Part shown: positions 23,678 to 36,955 of the stretch, one piece after another | Numbering within the stretch: position 1 is the first letter of the stretch | Layout: each line of letters opens with the position of its first letter | Assembly: GCA_002633005.1 (NCBI GenBank) | Contig: NMRA01000808.1 | Location: 92,519-137,391 of the forward strand | Origin: Phoronis australis | Lineage: Eukaryota > Animalia > Phoronida | Direction: 5' to 3' | Length of the DNA stretch: 44,873 bases | The notes under the pieces: generated by a model | What the model was told of the DNA's origin: nothing | What the model saw: the letters and a program-made list of their open reading frames with translations, nothing else | Databases searched by the model: none | Position numbers and translations under genes: made by a program

Positions 23678-25837
23678 TCCAAAAATACGATGATAAATGT
23701 GAATAATGTGACAACAGCATCTCTTGTACACAAGAATGGTCGGAGACACGGAAACTGTGTATCTTGACGACTATATTTCGAGGCATGTCTCATCTGTAGG
23801 CAGGAGTATCTTTGTTATGTCTCTTTTGGAGAATCGACAACTGTACAGTGAGGTTGAGCGATTGTCCATACATCACAAATAAGGGAGCGTGTAGTAGGCC
23901 AAAAAGTTTGCGTAGTTGGTGTTCAGGTGTGTACACCGACTTAAAAAACGCCTACCCGCTTCAACTTTAGCCAAGGTCTCGTTTTCTTGAAAAGCTTCAC
24001 GTAAGCACGTAACCAAGAGTAAGCATTTAGGTTTGAAACGAGCATTATTTGCCAAGCGGTGAGTAAAAAAGAAACTTCATCATTTTTGCATTTATTTACT
24101 TCAATGCCTCCGGGATTATTGGACTATCTAAATAGTCAATACTATAAAACACGATTTAAACACTCAAACCGAAGCATGTAAAATGATGCATGGAATAGTT
24201 TTTTCCGCGCTTTATTGTGTCACCGAGAGAAAAAAAGCAAAGAACGATCAACAGCAATAGTCGAACATTCACTAGTACCCGCGGTTGAGTATGTATTTTT
24301 TTTTTTGGGGGGGGGGTACCAGAGCGTATTGAATAAAATATCAAAGAGCGGGGGTTGTTCGCAGCAGCCAAGAGTAACTCAGTATTCCTGGTGACATGGA
24401 CGAAAGCCAGGCTATAAGCCGGACAGTACCAATGTCACAACATACAGGGCCAACGAAGCTGGCTCATAAACTTAACCGTTCGTTAAATTTGGAATCAGGT
24501 TGTGATGCCTGGCTTTTAACATATCGTAGTAACTAAATTTACACGTTACCGTTCAAGGTAGACTTCAAATAACTTATTTCAGAGGCTCAAGCAAAAACAA
24601 ATACTCACCCCCAGTATTTGTACCGATTCCCTCGATAAGTTTATTTGCGTTGAAGTGTTTGCGCAGCTTACTGAAAAAAACAAAGTTGTTTCTTTTGCCG
24701 CTGATTGCGTTACCAACAGACATCAGTTAATGTCAACATTACCTCTACCAAAGAGGTCTTCATGTTGTGTTGCGCTCAATTCGTAATAAAGTCGAAAATT
24801 ACGACATGAACGTTGCAGAACTTTGCAACTTTTATCAGCGATTCGACTTTTACGGCACTTGTGGACACTGCAATTTCAGATTTGAAACTTAAAAACTAGT
24901 TACTATTGACAATGTCATGAGCTTTGATTTTGTTAGCAAATGAAGCTATTTAAATTATTGTCTTAACACCTGGAGTTGTTAATTTCTTTCAATTCAAATA
25001 TTTGAGTGTTTAGTGAAAGGACTCCGAATTAATTAAAAGGAATCGATCGGTCAAGTTAAAATATTTGCAGTTTTCATTTGTTGTTTTTCATCACTATTGT
25101 GATATTTGTGTAGTTAATTGATCGCTTTTGTGTTAAGTTCGCCATTTGACATTAAGTGTATTGACATAATTAATTGAGTACGTTGCGCACAATTTGATCA
25201 AAAGCCTTTTCCGATGAACTACTTATTGAATCGCACGTATGACGTCTCCTATTAATGGTCTCTGGCGGCCATTAAACAGCACAACTTGAATTTTGCGTAG
25301 CAAACTTCCCTCAAACTCGAAGTTAATTGACCAATCAGTGACCTAGTGGTTCCAAGTTCAAACTCGCCCACTGTGCACCAAGAAAAATGTACGATCCAAG
25401 CCCCCACCATAAGAGTACCACACACTTTATACGAACGCTGTAGCACTTGAAGGTGGCAAGAGAAATGATCGACCGAAACTCCGTGTTAGAGATTGGTAAA
25501 ATACATCAATAGATTTTAGAAATGACGTTCGAGTACTTCAGTCACCACCTCGAAGCGCTTTTAGCAGGGAACATGACGTCGTTTCCCCCAAGCGCTCAAA
25601 TTTCACTACATTTTTTTGCCGGTGAAGCGTTCCGTGGTAAGCATAAATAAAATCGCTTCTTAATTGTAGGCTACGTAGCTCAAGCACGTTGCATTAGACA
25701 TAGTCAAGAAAGAAACAGTAGTCACAACGCGCGTTATTTCTTTTCTACTGTTGTTAATTCAATGAAGAATGAAAGATAAATGAAAGCGCTCGGAGGAGCT
25801 ACACTTGCGAAACTGACTGAAAATGGGACAATGGAGA

Positions 25838-25892
25838 TAACGATGATGATGACGACGACGACGACGACGACAACGACGATGATGATCATGAC
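25838..25892. repeat. (GAT/GAC)n microsatellite
   Basis: gatgatgatgacgacgacgacgacgacgac. Confidence 0.85.
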
Positions 25893-28410
25893 GAAAACAA
25901 TCATATGACGAATGAATATGTCAAAAATGAGTAAGAAATATAGGAACAGCGTCATAAGAAAATCCCGAATAATTCGAAAACGGGACGTCTTAACGAAAAA
26001 TGGTGAACATCCTCTGGAAGCCCGTTCAAAACTCTATTTTACAGATTAGTTTTACAAAATTCAACAAATTTTTCGAAAATTTTGCAAGATGGAAAGTCAA
26101 ATAACTAAAAAACGCTAAGTCTAAGAAAAAATTGTTACAGTTCATTTGAAAGAAAATCAGATGCAAAAATTCACCTAATTTCCTCTTCCCGTTCAAAATG
26201 GCACGAATGAAAATGGATGAAAATGCGTCAAATCCGAAATTTTGAAAACACTTTCCGGTTAATTAAGTAGTATTTCTTGGGGACAAAGAACAGTTCTCAC
26301 GAGGATTTGCCTATCAGAGCACACGTCAATGGAGCCGTCACTCTTTCTTCACTCCGCCAAAAAACTGCATGCAAATAACGAAAAGTTTTTAGTTTTTTCA
26401 CATTACAATTAAGCCCTACAGATGAGCACAGAAACAACTATCTTTTGTATTTTTGACCCTTTCACTCATACTGAAAATAAAGGAAAGCTAAGAAAGAAGG
26501 GGCAAAAGACCTCGCAAAATCGGCACTTCTCACCCCAAAATCACCACATCTCTAACGATCGGCATTAGATTTTGAAAGCAAATTTCCTACCGATTCCATA
26601 GTCCAAAAGTACTGTCAACCAACTTTTTTTTTTGAAAATCAGTCTTGTTCAAGGCCTACCTGAAATCGCTACATAGCAATGCACAATTGCAACAGGTGCC
26701 GCCATCCTGAAGAAGAGTGCAGCTATACAGCCGAGCAAGTGATATTTTTTCATTCTCAACATGTTCACAAATACAAACAAACCACATTCACGTGGCCTAC
26801 ATGCAATACCTAACTAAAAAAAGGCGACCGAAGCCTAGCCTACTCCTAGATTTTAATATTTTGAGAGTGCTAATTGGCCGCCGTCGCAGCCTAATTGTTC
26901 AGTGCCACCAACAACAAGCTCACAGGAAACTATCATATGAAAAATTGGTCCTATAATGCGCTCTCTACAGGACAAAACGTTTTCGTCCCGAAATCGAAAT
27001 CCCCATACGTATAGAATGGCCGATATTTCCGCCATCGTTAACCGAAAGTTAACGATTTCCGTCCCATTTGTAGTACACGTCTGTTACAATGTTCGTACCG
27101 ATTACCCGTATATGTCAACTGAAAAATATGAGCATTGAAGAAAACAAAATGGCCGCCACGTCCTGCAGCAAACATCAGTCAACAAAGGAACAGAATCACC
27201 AGAGAATCTCCAATAATTCAAAAACGAGACGTCCTATCGAAAAATTGAAAAACGTCTTCTGAAAATCCGTTCAAAACTCTATCTAGCACATTAGTTACAC
27301 AAAATTTCACTTCATCAAATACTTAACCAGACACTAATTTCAAACATCAGGGTTTAGACAACTAACAACACTACAACACAGAAAACAATAGGCCATGACG
27401 ACGTTTTCCGTTCAATGACTTTAGCAGACGCAAAGGGTTGTGAGCGTGTGATAACATCTAGCTAGGCTTATTACAGACCACGTGTGAACACAGTCAAACC
27501 CAGAGCGATAGTGGTATACATTCGGAAAGAATAGATTGTCGTAACTTCAGTTTTAGTTGGGCGATTTTGGCAATTCAAAAACTAAACATGGACCATTTTT
27601 GACAAGGATTTCAGAAATGTTATTGGTTTATGTTCAAATATGTTATAAGTTAATTAAATTTTATTTTTAGCAGCACAGCCTACTCAGGCTACACTATATG
27701 ATTTTACTGCAGATTAGAGCAATTATTGAACAAAAGGGAGCTGGCCCTCCGCTCCAACCATCAAATGTCAGAATGGGGGAGTTAATCAGTCGTGTAAGAT
27801 ATTGGCTACAGGGGTGTTCTTCCCAACTCATTGTTGGGCTATAGAAGAATCGAACAAGTTGCCAGAGCAATGGGAAAACGCCGCATGACTCATCAGTGAT
27901 GCTTGGGACTCAAAAGGCCACTGTAGCCGTGACGCCGGTTACCGTCTATCTAAGTTGACGGAACAGTCCACTGGTCAGTGTCTTTTTCACTCAAGTCCCT
28001 CGCCGGGCAGTTATTATGACCTGACTGACCACGTACGGGTGCTTTGTCTCGGTCTTTTTCGATCCTCTTCTCACCGTAGCCTACCGGTTCTGTAGGGCCA
28101 TAGACTATAGTACATGGTAGGGCCTAATGATTTCAGTCCAAAACCCTAAGTTGTTCTGTGCATGACTGGGCAGCCGCTCATTTTCTAGTTCACGCAATAT
28201 TCCTAGTTCACGTAGTCCTACTAGGTTTGGCAGCAGCTTGCTTAATCTCAAGATCACGTAAGTCATCTTGGAATTCCATGTTCACGCAACACTCCCGTTT
28301 AATCTTGAGATTAAGCAGGATTCCAAGTTCACGTACGGCAGTGCCACTTCCTTCTTCACTCGGGTTTTTCACTTTCACTTCAAGTTGGGTTCGTGAATGT
28401 CCATTTCAAC

Positions 28411-28600
28411 ATGTTGCTCGCAACTTGCTTGTGGTTTTTCACTTTTGCTATTGCACAATCTTTTAAAATTCCTGCAAAAGTAGATTTTAAAGAAAGAACG
28501 AGTGACCGGCGTACTTACAGCAACAGGTCATCGGAAAGTCTTGTCTGGAGTCGAAGGGGAAACTGTGTTTCAACCGAAACAGAAATTGCGTCCTACCAAG
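28411..28600 (+). CDS. CPQ: Carboxypeptidase Q, coding exon 1 (signal peptide and propeptide)
   Basis: aacATG; MLLATCLWFFTFAIAQS signal peptide; ends EIASYQ(G)|GTTCCA, phase 1 matching exon 2; donor is weak. Confidence 0.7.
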
Positions 28601-29088
28601 GTTCCAGTTTGGTTAAGTTATTAAGCATTGGTGTCTCCTTCTCATGAATCTTATAGCTTGTGTAATGATCATCAACCAGCACTCAAAAAAGCGGGGGGGG
28701 GGGCTATACTCCCCTATAGCCCCCTATGGTGCACTGCCCACTTACCAATCGATGGGGATCTGCTTTTGAACCAAGTCCAAGGAATGAAAGACTACATGCT
28801 TCCTTAATGTAACGTGATGCATTAATTTAAAAATTGATTATAGTATCCTAGGTGGCACTGCAGGGCTTTGACTGTAAATTCAAGATATGGTTGTGGTGAG
28901 CAGACTGGTGAATTCCTGTTATGAAGTGGAGCATTGTCAGTGTCATTAACGTAGCTCAATCAGTTGCTAAAGAACGCACTTTTATACTTGGTGTGCCAGT
29001 TTGAAAGTGCGTGGTTTTGTTATGCATGCATATAATTATATGGTCACATATTGCCATCATCTCTGTCAATTCTGTCCATGCATTTCAG

Positions 29089-29220
29089 ATGTAGTCAACA
29101 AGATAATTCAGTCAGCAGTGTTTGGTTCCAACAGAAACCAGGCTTATGACAGGCTTGCTTTGTTTACTGACAAGTTTGGTAACCGAATAGCTGGATCAAA
29201 AAACCTGGAGAATGCGATAG
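29089..29220 (+). CDS. CPQ: Carboxypeptidase Q exon 2
   Basis: tttcAG|..|GTtagt; DVVNKIIQSAVFG..AYDRLALFTDKFGNRIAGSKNLENAI matches recalled CPQ RLSGSKNLEKAI. Confidence 0.92.
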
Positions 29221-29502
29221 GTTAGTGAAGGTTATAAAGACTGCTAGAATGTCACAATGTAGTTCAGTGTTTGTTACTATCAGTAGGGTTTCAGAGTTGC
29301 TTTGTATTTCATTATGATTATTAACAGGTGTGGAACTCTTGTTAGAACTCATTTACTTTGTAATCCAATTCTAGAAAATATTATCTTGCTGACACCAAGC
29401 ACTTAAACCTTTATGCAAAATTTGACTTCACCTCCCTTGATTTGGTCATCAAAGCATACAATGAATGACTGGTCTTGTTAGCCTGGGATGTGCATGGTCA
29501 TG

Positions 29503-30426
29503 TTTTTATGTGCCCACATATTTATATGTGGACGCAGTATGCCGTCTTTCTCGTCTGCCGTCCGTTCGGCATTCGTTAGACAACCGTCTGGCGTCCGTCT
29601 GACATCTGATGTTCATCGTTCGCTGCTCTATGTCCAAAACTCTTTGACGTATATTCATGAAATTTTGCACGTGTTTCTTTCATGGATGGGATGGCATGAG
29701 CGAACGTTCGGACGGATCCCAATGCCGATGTGCTAATTGGGGCAATTTTAGTTTTTTACGTTTACCTCTGTATCTTCAAAGGTACTCAACGGATTTTCAT
29801 AAAATTTTAAATATAAGAATGTATTGGTGGTCTCACGCTATCATTCCGTTTTCAGAGAGAGTCAAGGTATTTTGCACCACCTAGTGGCCATTTTTACTGT
29901 TTTTGAGTCTGTTTTTGGCATGTACCCCTATATCAGTGTACCCCTCTATCAACCAAACCATCCTAAGAATGATTTTAAAAATTGGCATTATGTGTTTTCA
30001 GTGTGAAGAGGACGGTTGACGATGACGACTTTGATTACTCTGGCACCTCCTACTGGCATCTTTGTTTTGTTTTGCGCCCATAGCTGTATCTCATAAACCC
30101 ACAGCAGGATCTTTATTGAATTTAGTAGGTGTATTTATATAAAGCTCACAACAGACAACGATGACTACTTTCATATGGATTCGCAGAACGCTTTACCTCC
30201 TATTAGCAATTTCATTTTTTTCCGCTTTCGTTTTTCTCTGAAGTTCCTTGACAGATTTTTTATGAAATTTATTAAATAGCTTTATATTAAAGAAACAATG
30301 ACATGTTCCTGTTTTTGGATGGATTTGACATGTTTTGCGTCATCTAACGACCAAACAGACAACCCTAAAAGCACATCATTTGCGGTGTATTCATGGGCAC
30401 ATTTCAACACTCTGCCTTGCTCTTGT
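29503..30426 (+). mobile_element. Helentron-associated non-autonomous element (DINE-1/HINE-like)
   Basis: Starts TTTTTATGTGCCCAC with a 5' palindrome and GTCY microsatellite; 3' subTIR GGGCACAT; ends CTCTTGT. Confidence 0.65.
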
Positions 30427-30580
30427 ATGTCCAGCGAGAAGAATGTCTTTTGCCAGAACAAGTTATGACTGTGACAATGCCTGTGCCAGGCTGACTAATC
30501 AACTACTTCTCTAAAATTTGAAAGTTTAGTAGTAAAGTGAGTTTTTCTGGTAAATTCTTTACATCCACATCACTTCTATG

Positions 30581-30690
30581 AATGGTAGTGCTGTTATCCA
30601 ACAAGTGTACACTATCCAATGGTAGTGCTGTTATCCAACAAGTGTACACTATCCAATGGTATTGCTGTTATCCAACAAGTGTACACTATC
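30581..30690. repeat. 37-bp tandem repeat, 3 copies
   Basis: AATGGTAGTGCTGTTATCCAACAAGTGTACACTATCC. Confidence 0.9.
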
Positions 30691-30747
30691 TTGCAGCTTG
30701 ATTGGCCATAAATGTGGGAACTATCACTTGGTTGCTTTTTCCTACAG

Positions 30748-30809
30748 ATTACATGCTTGAAAGCTTAACCAAAGATGGTCTTGATAATGTACATGGTGAA
30801 GACGTGATG
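30748..30809 (+). CDS. CPQ: Carboxypeptidase Q exon 3
   Basis: cctacAG|..|GTgagt; DYMLESLTKDGLDNVHGEDVM. Confidence 0.92.
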
Positions 30810-30874
30810 GTGAGTTAAAAACTATCAGTTGGATGCTATGTATAATGTTGTTACCATTTTTTGCACCCTCTTCT

Positions 30875-33030
30875 TTTTATGTGGGAACTCCCTCTGTCCA
30901 TCCGTCATCCGTTGCTGTATCTCCATAACCCCTAGATGGATGTTCTGAGGATTTTGCTGAGTTTCTTATTATTAATTTGGCCAAAAACGATATCGTTAAT
31001 AGCTGGATGTTTGTGAAATTTTGCAGGCCTATTCCTGTCATGCACCGGACAGCATGAGCCAATTTTCAGATGAATCCGGATACTGAGGTACCCGCTAGTG
31101 GTAATTCTGTCCTTTTGTGTTTGCCCCTGTATCTTGCGAGTTCCTTGACAGATTCTCATGAAATTAGGTAAATAGGTATCTAGTAAGAAGATAATGCTGC
31201 CTTATCATTTTCGGATGACTATGATGTATTCTTCGCCACCTAGTGGCCATTTTTACGGTTTTTAGTTTGTTTTTTTGGCATCTGGTTCTCCATCGTTCAG
31301 TGCTCTCTAAGGATGATTATGAAGATTGGTGTTTGCGCTCCTATGGGGACGAGGAGACCTGACAATGATTTTTGGACGGCTCTGACTTCTTTGGCTCCTC
31401 CTTGTGGCAGCTTTGTTTTTTGTGTCCATAGCTGTATCTCATGAAACCCTAGCAAGAACTTTGTTAAATTTGGCAAGTGTATTTCAATAAAAGTGACACC
31501 TGATGGCGACTACCTTCAGACATATCCATTTACCCTTGTGGCCCCTAGTAGCCATTTTATTTTTTTTACGCTTTCCTCCATCTCTTCGAAGTTCCTTAAC
31601 AGATTTTCATGAAATTTGGTGACTAGTTTTCTGTTGAAGAGATGATGACATCTTCCCATGTGTCGCTAGATTCTATGTATTGTCCGTTACTTAGTGACCA
31701 TTTTTATTATTTTAGTTTTTATTATTGATTTTTGGCATATCTCTATCTGTTGGATAATTTACAGTCAGGGTCATGTGTCCCTACCTGTAAGTGCACAGGT
31801 GATGGTGATTTTTGGCCAACTCCGACTCTTCTGGCATCCCCTAGTGGCAGCTTTGTTTTTGCTCATTCGCAGTTGTATCTCCTAAACTTCTTGCAGAATC
31901 TTTGTTAAATTTGACTTTTATTTCTAGGCATGTGACAACAGATGCCACTGTATCTTTCGAGTTGCTTGACGGATTTTCGTGGAACATGTCGAATAGGTCT
32001 CTATTAAACAAATGATATCACATACCCATTTTGGGATGGACTTGACATTTTGTATGCTGGCTAGTGGCCATTTTGTATGCTGGCTAGTGGCCATTTTGTA
32101 TGCTGGCTAGTGGCCATTTTTATGCGCCCACATATTTATATGTGGACGCATTATGCCTTCATCTCTGTCCGTCCGTCCGTCTGGCGTCCGGCGTCTGGCG
32201 TCCGGCGTCCGCGGCTCTATCTCCAAAACCCTTTGACATACGTTCATGAAATTTGGCACATATGTTCCATTCATGAATTGGACGGCATGTGCGAACTTTC
32301 GGACGGATCCGACTACCGGTGTGCCCCCTAGTGGCAATTTTAGTTTTTTACGCTTACCTTTGTATCTTCAAAAGTCCTGAACGGATTTTCATGAAATTTG
32401 GTATGTAGGCACCTAGTAGTAAGGTGACGCTATCCTGCCGTTTTCGGATGGATTCGACATAGTTTGCGCCACCTAGTGGCCATTTTTACTGTTTTCGAGT
32501 CTGCTTTTGTGCTTCCACCCCTCTATCAACCNACAAGAATGCCTTTTCATTTTCAGTTGAGTTTGTTGTATTCTGTGCCACCTAGAGGCCACTTGTATTA
32601 TTTTTGAGTCTGTTTTTTGGCGGCTACCAGTTTATCTGACAAACTGCTATGAGAATCATTATGAAACTTAGTGGTTACCTTTTAGTGAGAGAACCACGGC
32701 TGACATTAATTTTTGGATAGGTTTGATATCTGGTTTTGCCCAGTAGTGATTTCGAATTTTTTGCAACCATGGCTGTAGTTTCTGATTACTTTGCAAGATC
32801 TCTGTGAACTTACAGAGGTGTTTTTCTATGAATGAGACAACAGCTGTGCACAACGTTTTGGACGGCTCTGACTACTGCTGTGTGCCCTAGAGGCAATTTT
32901 AGCTTTTACATTTACCTTGGTATCTTCAGAGCTCCTTTTTAATATAAAATTGGGCAAACAGGTTTGACATATTCTGCCCCATCTAATGGCCATTTTTATG
33001 ATAATAAAAAGCACACCATGCTGCCCTTGT
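30875..33030 (+). mobile_element. Composite/nested DINE-1/HINE-like elements (second head at about 32117)
   Basis: Recurrent CCCCTAGTGGC subrepeats; TTTTATGCGCCCACATATTTATATGTGGACGCAT head plus (GTCC)n at 32117; end CCCTTGT. Confidence 0.55.
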
Positions 33031-33099
33031 TTTGCAAGTATTAGTTCGTTTGATGTGACCATGCTTTTTTAAAAACAGTTATTTGATATATGTTCGTAT

Positions 33100-33585
33100 G
33101 AATGACATACTCCTGCATGAATGACATACGCATGCATGAATGACATACGCATGCATGAATGACATACGCTTGCATGAATGACATAGGCATACATGAATGA
33201 CATACGCATGCGTGAATGACATAGGTATGCATGAATGACACGCATGCATGAATGACATGCGCATGCATGAATGACATACGCATGCCGTGCATGAATAACA
33301 TACGCTTGCATGAATGACATACTCATGCATGAATGACATACGCATGCATGATTGACATACGCAACATGAATGACACACGCATGCATGAATGACATACGCA
33401 TTCATACACGCATTCATAAATGACATACACTTGCATGAATGACATACGCATGCATGAATGACACACGCATGCATGAATGACATATGCTTGCATGAATGAC
33501 ATACGCTTGCATGAATGACATACACTTGCATGAATGACATACGCATGCATGAATGACATACGCATGCATGAATGACATACACATG
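33100..33585. repeat. 19-bp minisatellite, about 25 copies
   Basis: CATGCATGAATGACATACG units. Confidence 0.92.
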
Positions 33586-33648
33586 TATGAAATTGTTAGT
33601 CTCATACATGTTAATTTTTAGTTTCGTTCAATTATAATTTCATTATAG

Positions 33649-33816
33649 GTTCCTCACTGGGTGCGGGGAACTGAGTCACTGATGATGACACATCCTCGTC
33701 AACATAAGATGGCGATGCTGGGCTTGGGAAGTAGTGTTGGAACACCAAAGGGCGGCATCACTGCAGAGGTTCTTGTAGTGACCTCTTTTGATGAACTCCA
33801 AAATCGATCAAAGGAG
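33649..33816 (+). CDS. CPQ: Carboxypeptidase Q exon 4
   Basis: tatAG|..|GTagga; [45 protein letters not shown]. Confidence 0.95.
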
Positions 33817-34312
33817 GTAGGATGACATTTATGGCATTCTGTGAAATTTACAGTATAACAGAGGGTCATGAATTGCTGGCTGATTGGTCAGAAATGAGCC
33901 ATTTATTTGATCATCCAGCTTACAAGCATTTGTTTGCTAGAAGTCGTTTGGTCAGGCTCCAATGTGGTCGTACATTGGGGAAATTTTTAGCCACCAAGCT
34001 TCGTCTACCATTGCATAATTATATGTTCTTTCTCAACAATTTTTGTTGAGCATTTGCAGTGATAGTCTTTTGTGAAGCATCACACATGCTGATATTATAG
34101 GCCATCTATCCACCACACATTAAATAGTTACTATTGAAGTCAGTGCTCATCTGGTAATTGCTCTGTTTTGCAAAAAAGGTTAAAAGAGTGCTTCATCTGT
34201 GTTTGCAACTCTGTCGGCTTTCTGTGTTGGATTAACGTAACAGTGTGTTTTAGTTTTGTATTCTTTCTTAAGTGAGGATTTTAAAATCTAAATTACTATT
34301 GTTACTTTTTAG

Positions 34313-34477
34313 GCATATGGAAAGATAGTTGTATTTGATGAAGACTGGATCAGTTATGGGGACACTGTTAAGTACAGAGAAGATTCTGCTGCAGAGACTG
34401 CCAAGATGGGAGGCGTGGCTTCACTCATCAGAAGTGTCACTCCATTCTCTATCAACAGTCCTCATACTGGTTGGCAG
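34313..34477 (+). CDS. CPQ: Carboxypeptidase Q exon 5 (PA domain)
   Basis: tttttAG|..|GTaagt; AYGKIVVFDEDWISYGDTVKYR..GGVASLIRSVTPFSINSPHTGWQ. Confidence 0.95.
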
Positions 34478-34733
34478 GTAAGTGCATCAGTAATGTCAGT
34501 GCAGCAATATTTGTTGGACGTTTCCCTCTGTTTCGAATATAAAGTGTTCAGGCATACTGGAGGATGAGTCGTTAAGTGGTGTTAGGGGGTGGGCCTCACT
34601 TATCAGAAAACGAGCACTCCATTAGCAATCGGTAACCCTCCAATGTTTGGCAGGTTAGTTGGTCAATAATGGTGGTGTAGCATTTCTGTCAATTTCTGAT
34701 AGCTAGGTAATTGCCGATCATTTTTGATGTTAG

Positions 34734-34818
34734 GATTACGAGAAAGATGTAAAGCAGATACCAACAGCTTGCATCACAGTGGAAGACGCGGCCATGTTGA
34801 AGAGGATGTCTGACAGGG
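34734..34818 (+). CDS. CPQ: Carboxypeptidase Q exon 6
   Basis: gttAG|..|GTttgt; DYEKDVKQIPTACITVEDAAMLKRMSDRG. Confidence 0.93.
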
Positions 34819-35042
34819 GTTTGTATTGCCTTTCCTTTATATCTGTGGCTATTCGATATTATCCTGAACAGCAGTCCTTATTGAAGCAATGTTACAAAAC
34901 ATTTAGCCAATCCGATGATTAAGTCAATGGAAAATAAAACTTAATTTGACGTCTCCATCTATCTGTAAAAAGGTCAATGTGAGTGGCCAGTACATGTCAC
35001 ATCATGTGCAGGTGGCATGTTCATGTTGCATTATATGTGGCA

Positions 35043-35203
35043 GCCATGTACTCATTGTATAATGTGGGTGGCGTGCATGTGTCACATGCATGTGGGAGCC
35101 ATGTACTCATTGTATAATGTGGGTGGCGTGCATGTGTCACATGCATGTGGGAGCCATGTACTCATTGTATAATGTGGGTGGCGTGCATGTGTCACATGCA
35201 TGT
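35043..35203. repeat. 55-bp tandem repeat, 3 copies
   Basis: GCCATGTACTCATTGTATAATGTGGGTGGCGTGCATGTGTCACATGCATGT. Confidence 0.9.
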
Positions 35204-35774
35204 TTGGCTCATACATATTGCCTCAGATGCGGGTGGCACATACACCTCACATCATGCGCAGGGCCTAAGTTAGTGCTACAGATGTGACTGACTTCTATCT
35301 TGTTGGGTAGTTATTGTTATGTGCAGACCAAGCTCCACTGTGAGAACTCGAAGGAGAAGTGAAAGTGGTTTCATGGAGTTTTGTAATGTTTTAAAAATTA
35401 CTGAACTTTTACACATTTTATTGTTGAATGCACACTATGCGTTGTTTTGTGATGAAAGATGCATCACATTACAGGTTTTAGATTGGGCGTTTGATTAGAA
35501 ACTACGAAGTAGTGACAATACCAACCTTGTTAAAATATTGCACTCTAGCTGCCATCTTCAAGTAGTTATATAGTGTGCTCTTTTATGAATGTCTGAAAGT
35601 CTGGCTGAGTGGTTTAGTACTATTATCACATTGCTAAAGATGTAATGCTGATTTGGATCAAAGTCGTTCCACTGGAAAGAAAAACTTGTCTTTTTGTAAC
35701 ATTGCTGCAATGCTAAACACTGACATCTTCCTTGTCACTGCTTCATTACATTTTGCATTGCATTGACTTTTTAG

Positions 35775-35878
35775 GTACACGAATTGTTCTTCATCTTGAA
35801 ATGTCTGCAATTACTCTTCCAATGGTTAAGTCAAGAAATACTGTAGCAGAAATTGTTGGATGGAAATATCCAGAACAA
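35775..35878 (+). CDS. CPQ: Carboxypeptidase Q exon 7
   Basis: tttttAG|..|GTaagc; GTRIVLHLEMSA..SRNTVAEIVGWKYPEQ. Confidence 0.93.
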
Positions 35879-36732
35879 GTAAGCTTTCGTATTTCAAACA
35901 GTATTTAATCACACTGGTGTGGCATTGCAGTTATTTGTATGAGTCAAAATCGAAGTCAAGTTTTCTTACACTTCAAGAGCTATACATTCCGTTTCACATA
36001 TGGCGTCGCATGTCACTGCTGAAATATAAATAATCTTCGGCTATGCTTTATGTTATAAGTCATCTTGTCATCAATCTTTTTCGGCAGATATATCACACTG
36101 TTCACTTTGAAGGCACTCGAGTTCCTCGTTAAGATCTTATACATCCTCCATTGTTGGTTAATGATACACTCATAAATTCTGCTTTTGTTGTCACACACTC
36201 AATTGGGAGAATTGAGACTTTGATCACATAAGGTGATCCAGACGAAAATAAGTGTGACGGGCATTGGGGAAGTTTAAGTTACGGGAATAAGGAAATACAT
36301 GTATGTGCCAGTTTAGACATATAGGCACCTACTTTTCAAAACACCAAAACCCACAGATTTTTACTTTTAGAAATAGGAAATGTTAAAGCCCCATGCAGAA
36401 CCATGTTTGAAAACTATTCTTTGGGTAGAACATTTTGTTTTGATTTTTGATACTGTCAGTGTTCCTAATTAGGCTGGATTAAGGACTGGGCTAAATGGAG
36501 TTCATGGATTGCTTCTATGGGAAGATTCGTCGACGATAACCTGAGGGGTGATTTTGGCTTGACCTAATTAGCACTGCGTAGTTTTTTAACTTGTCTAGTT
36601 TGTGGGTACTATTTTCAAAGGTTTAATCGTGACAGCCTATTTGTGATTGGAAATTAGCCAGCAGGTAAAAGCTAGTTAACTGCCTCTTAGGAGTGTTATG
36701 AACAGCTTTACTAATTCCTTTGTCTCCTATAG

Positions 36733-36819
36733 GTGGTGCTGGTCAGTGGTCACCTGGACAGCTGGGATGTAGGAGCTGGAGCCATGGATGATGGTGGTGG
36801 AGCATTCATCTCATGGCAG
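36733..36819 (+). CDS. CPQ: Carboxypeptidase Q exon 8 (M28 zinc-binding motifs)
   Basis: ctatAG|..|GTctga; [29 protein letters not shown]. Confidence 0.96.
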
Positions 36820-36955
36820 GTCTGACATGTCTCTAATAAAAATGATTGACTATCAAGTAACATACTGTGCTAACTGAAGGTGACACGAGGCTAGCATACT
36901 GTGCTAACTGAATGTGACACGAGGCTATCAGATCAGGTGGGAAGTAAATGCAGAA

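Noticed and set aside
28333-28352. CAGTGC as an iron-responsive-element loop in the CPQ 5' region
   Set aside because: Flanks do not form the 5-bp upper stem with a C bulge
33041-33609. Long His/Cys/Met-rich ORFs
   Set aside because: Translations of the 19-bp minisatellite, open in all three minus frames
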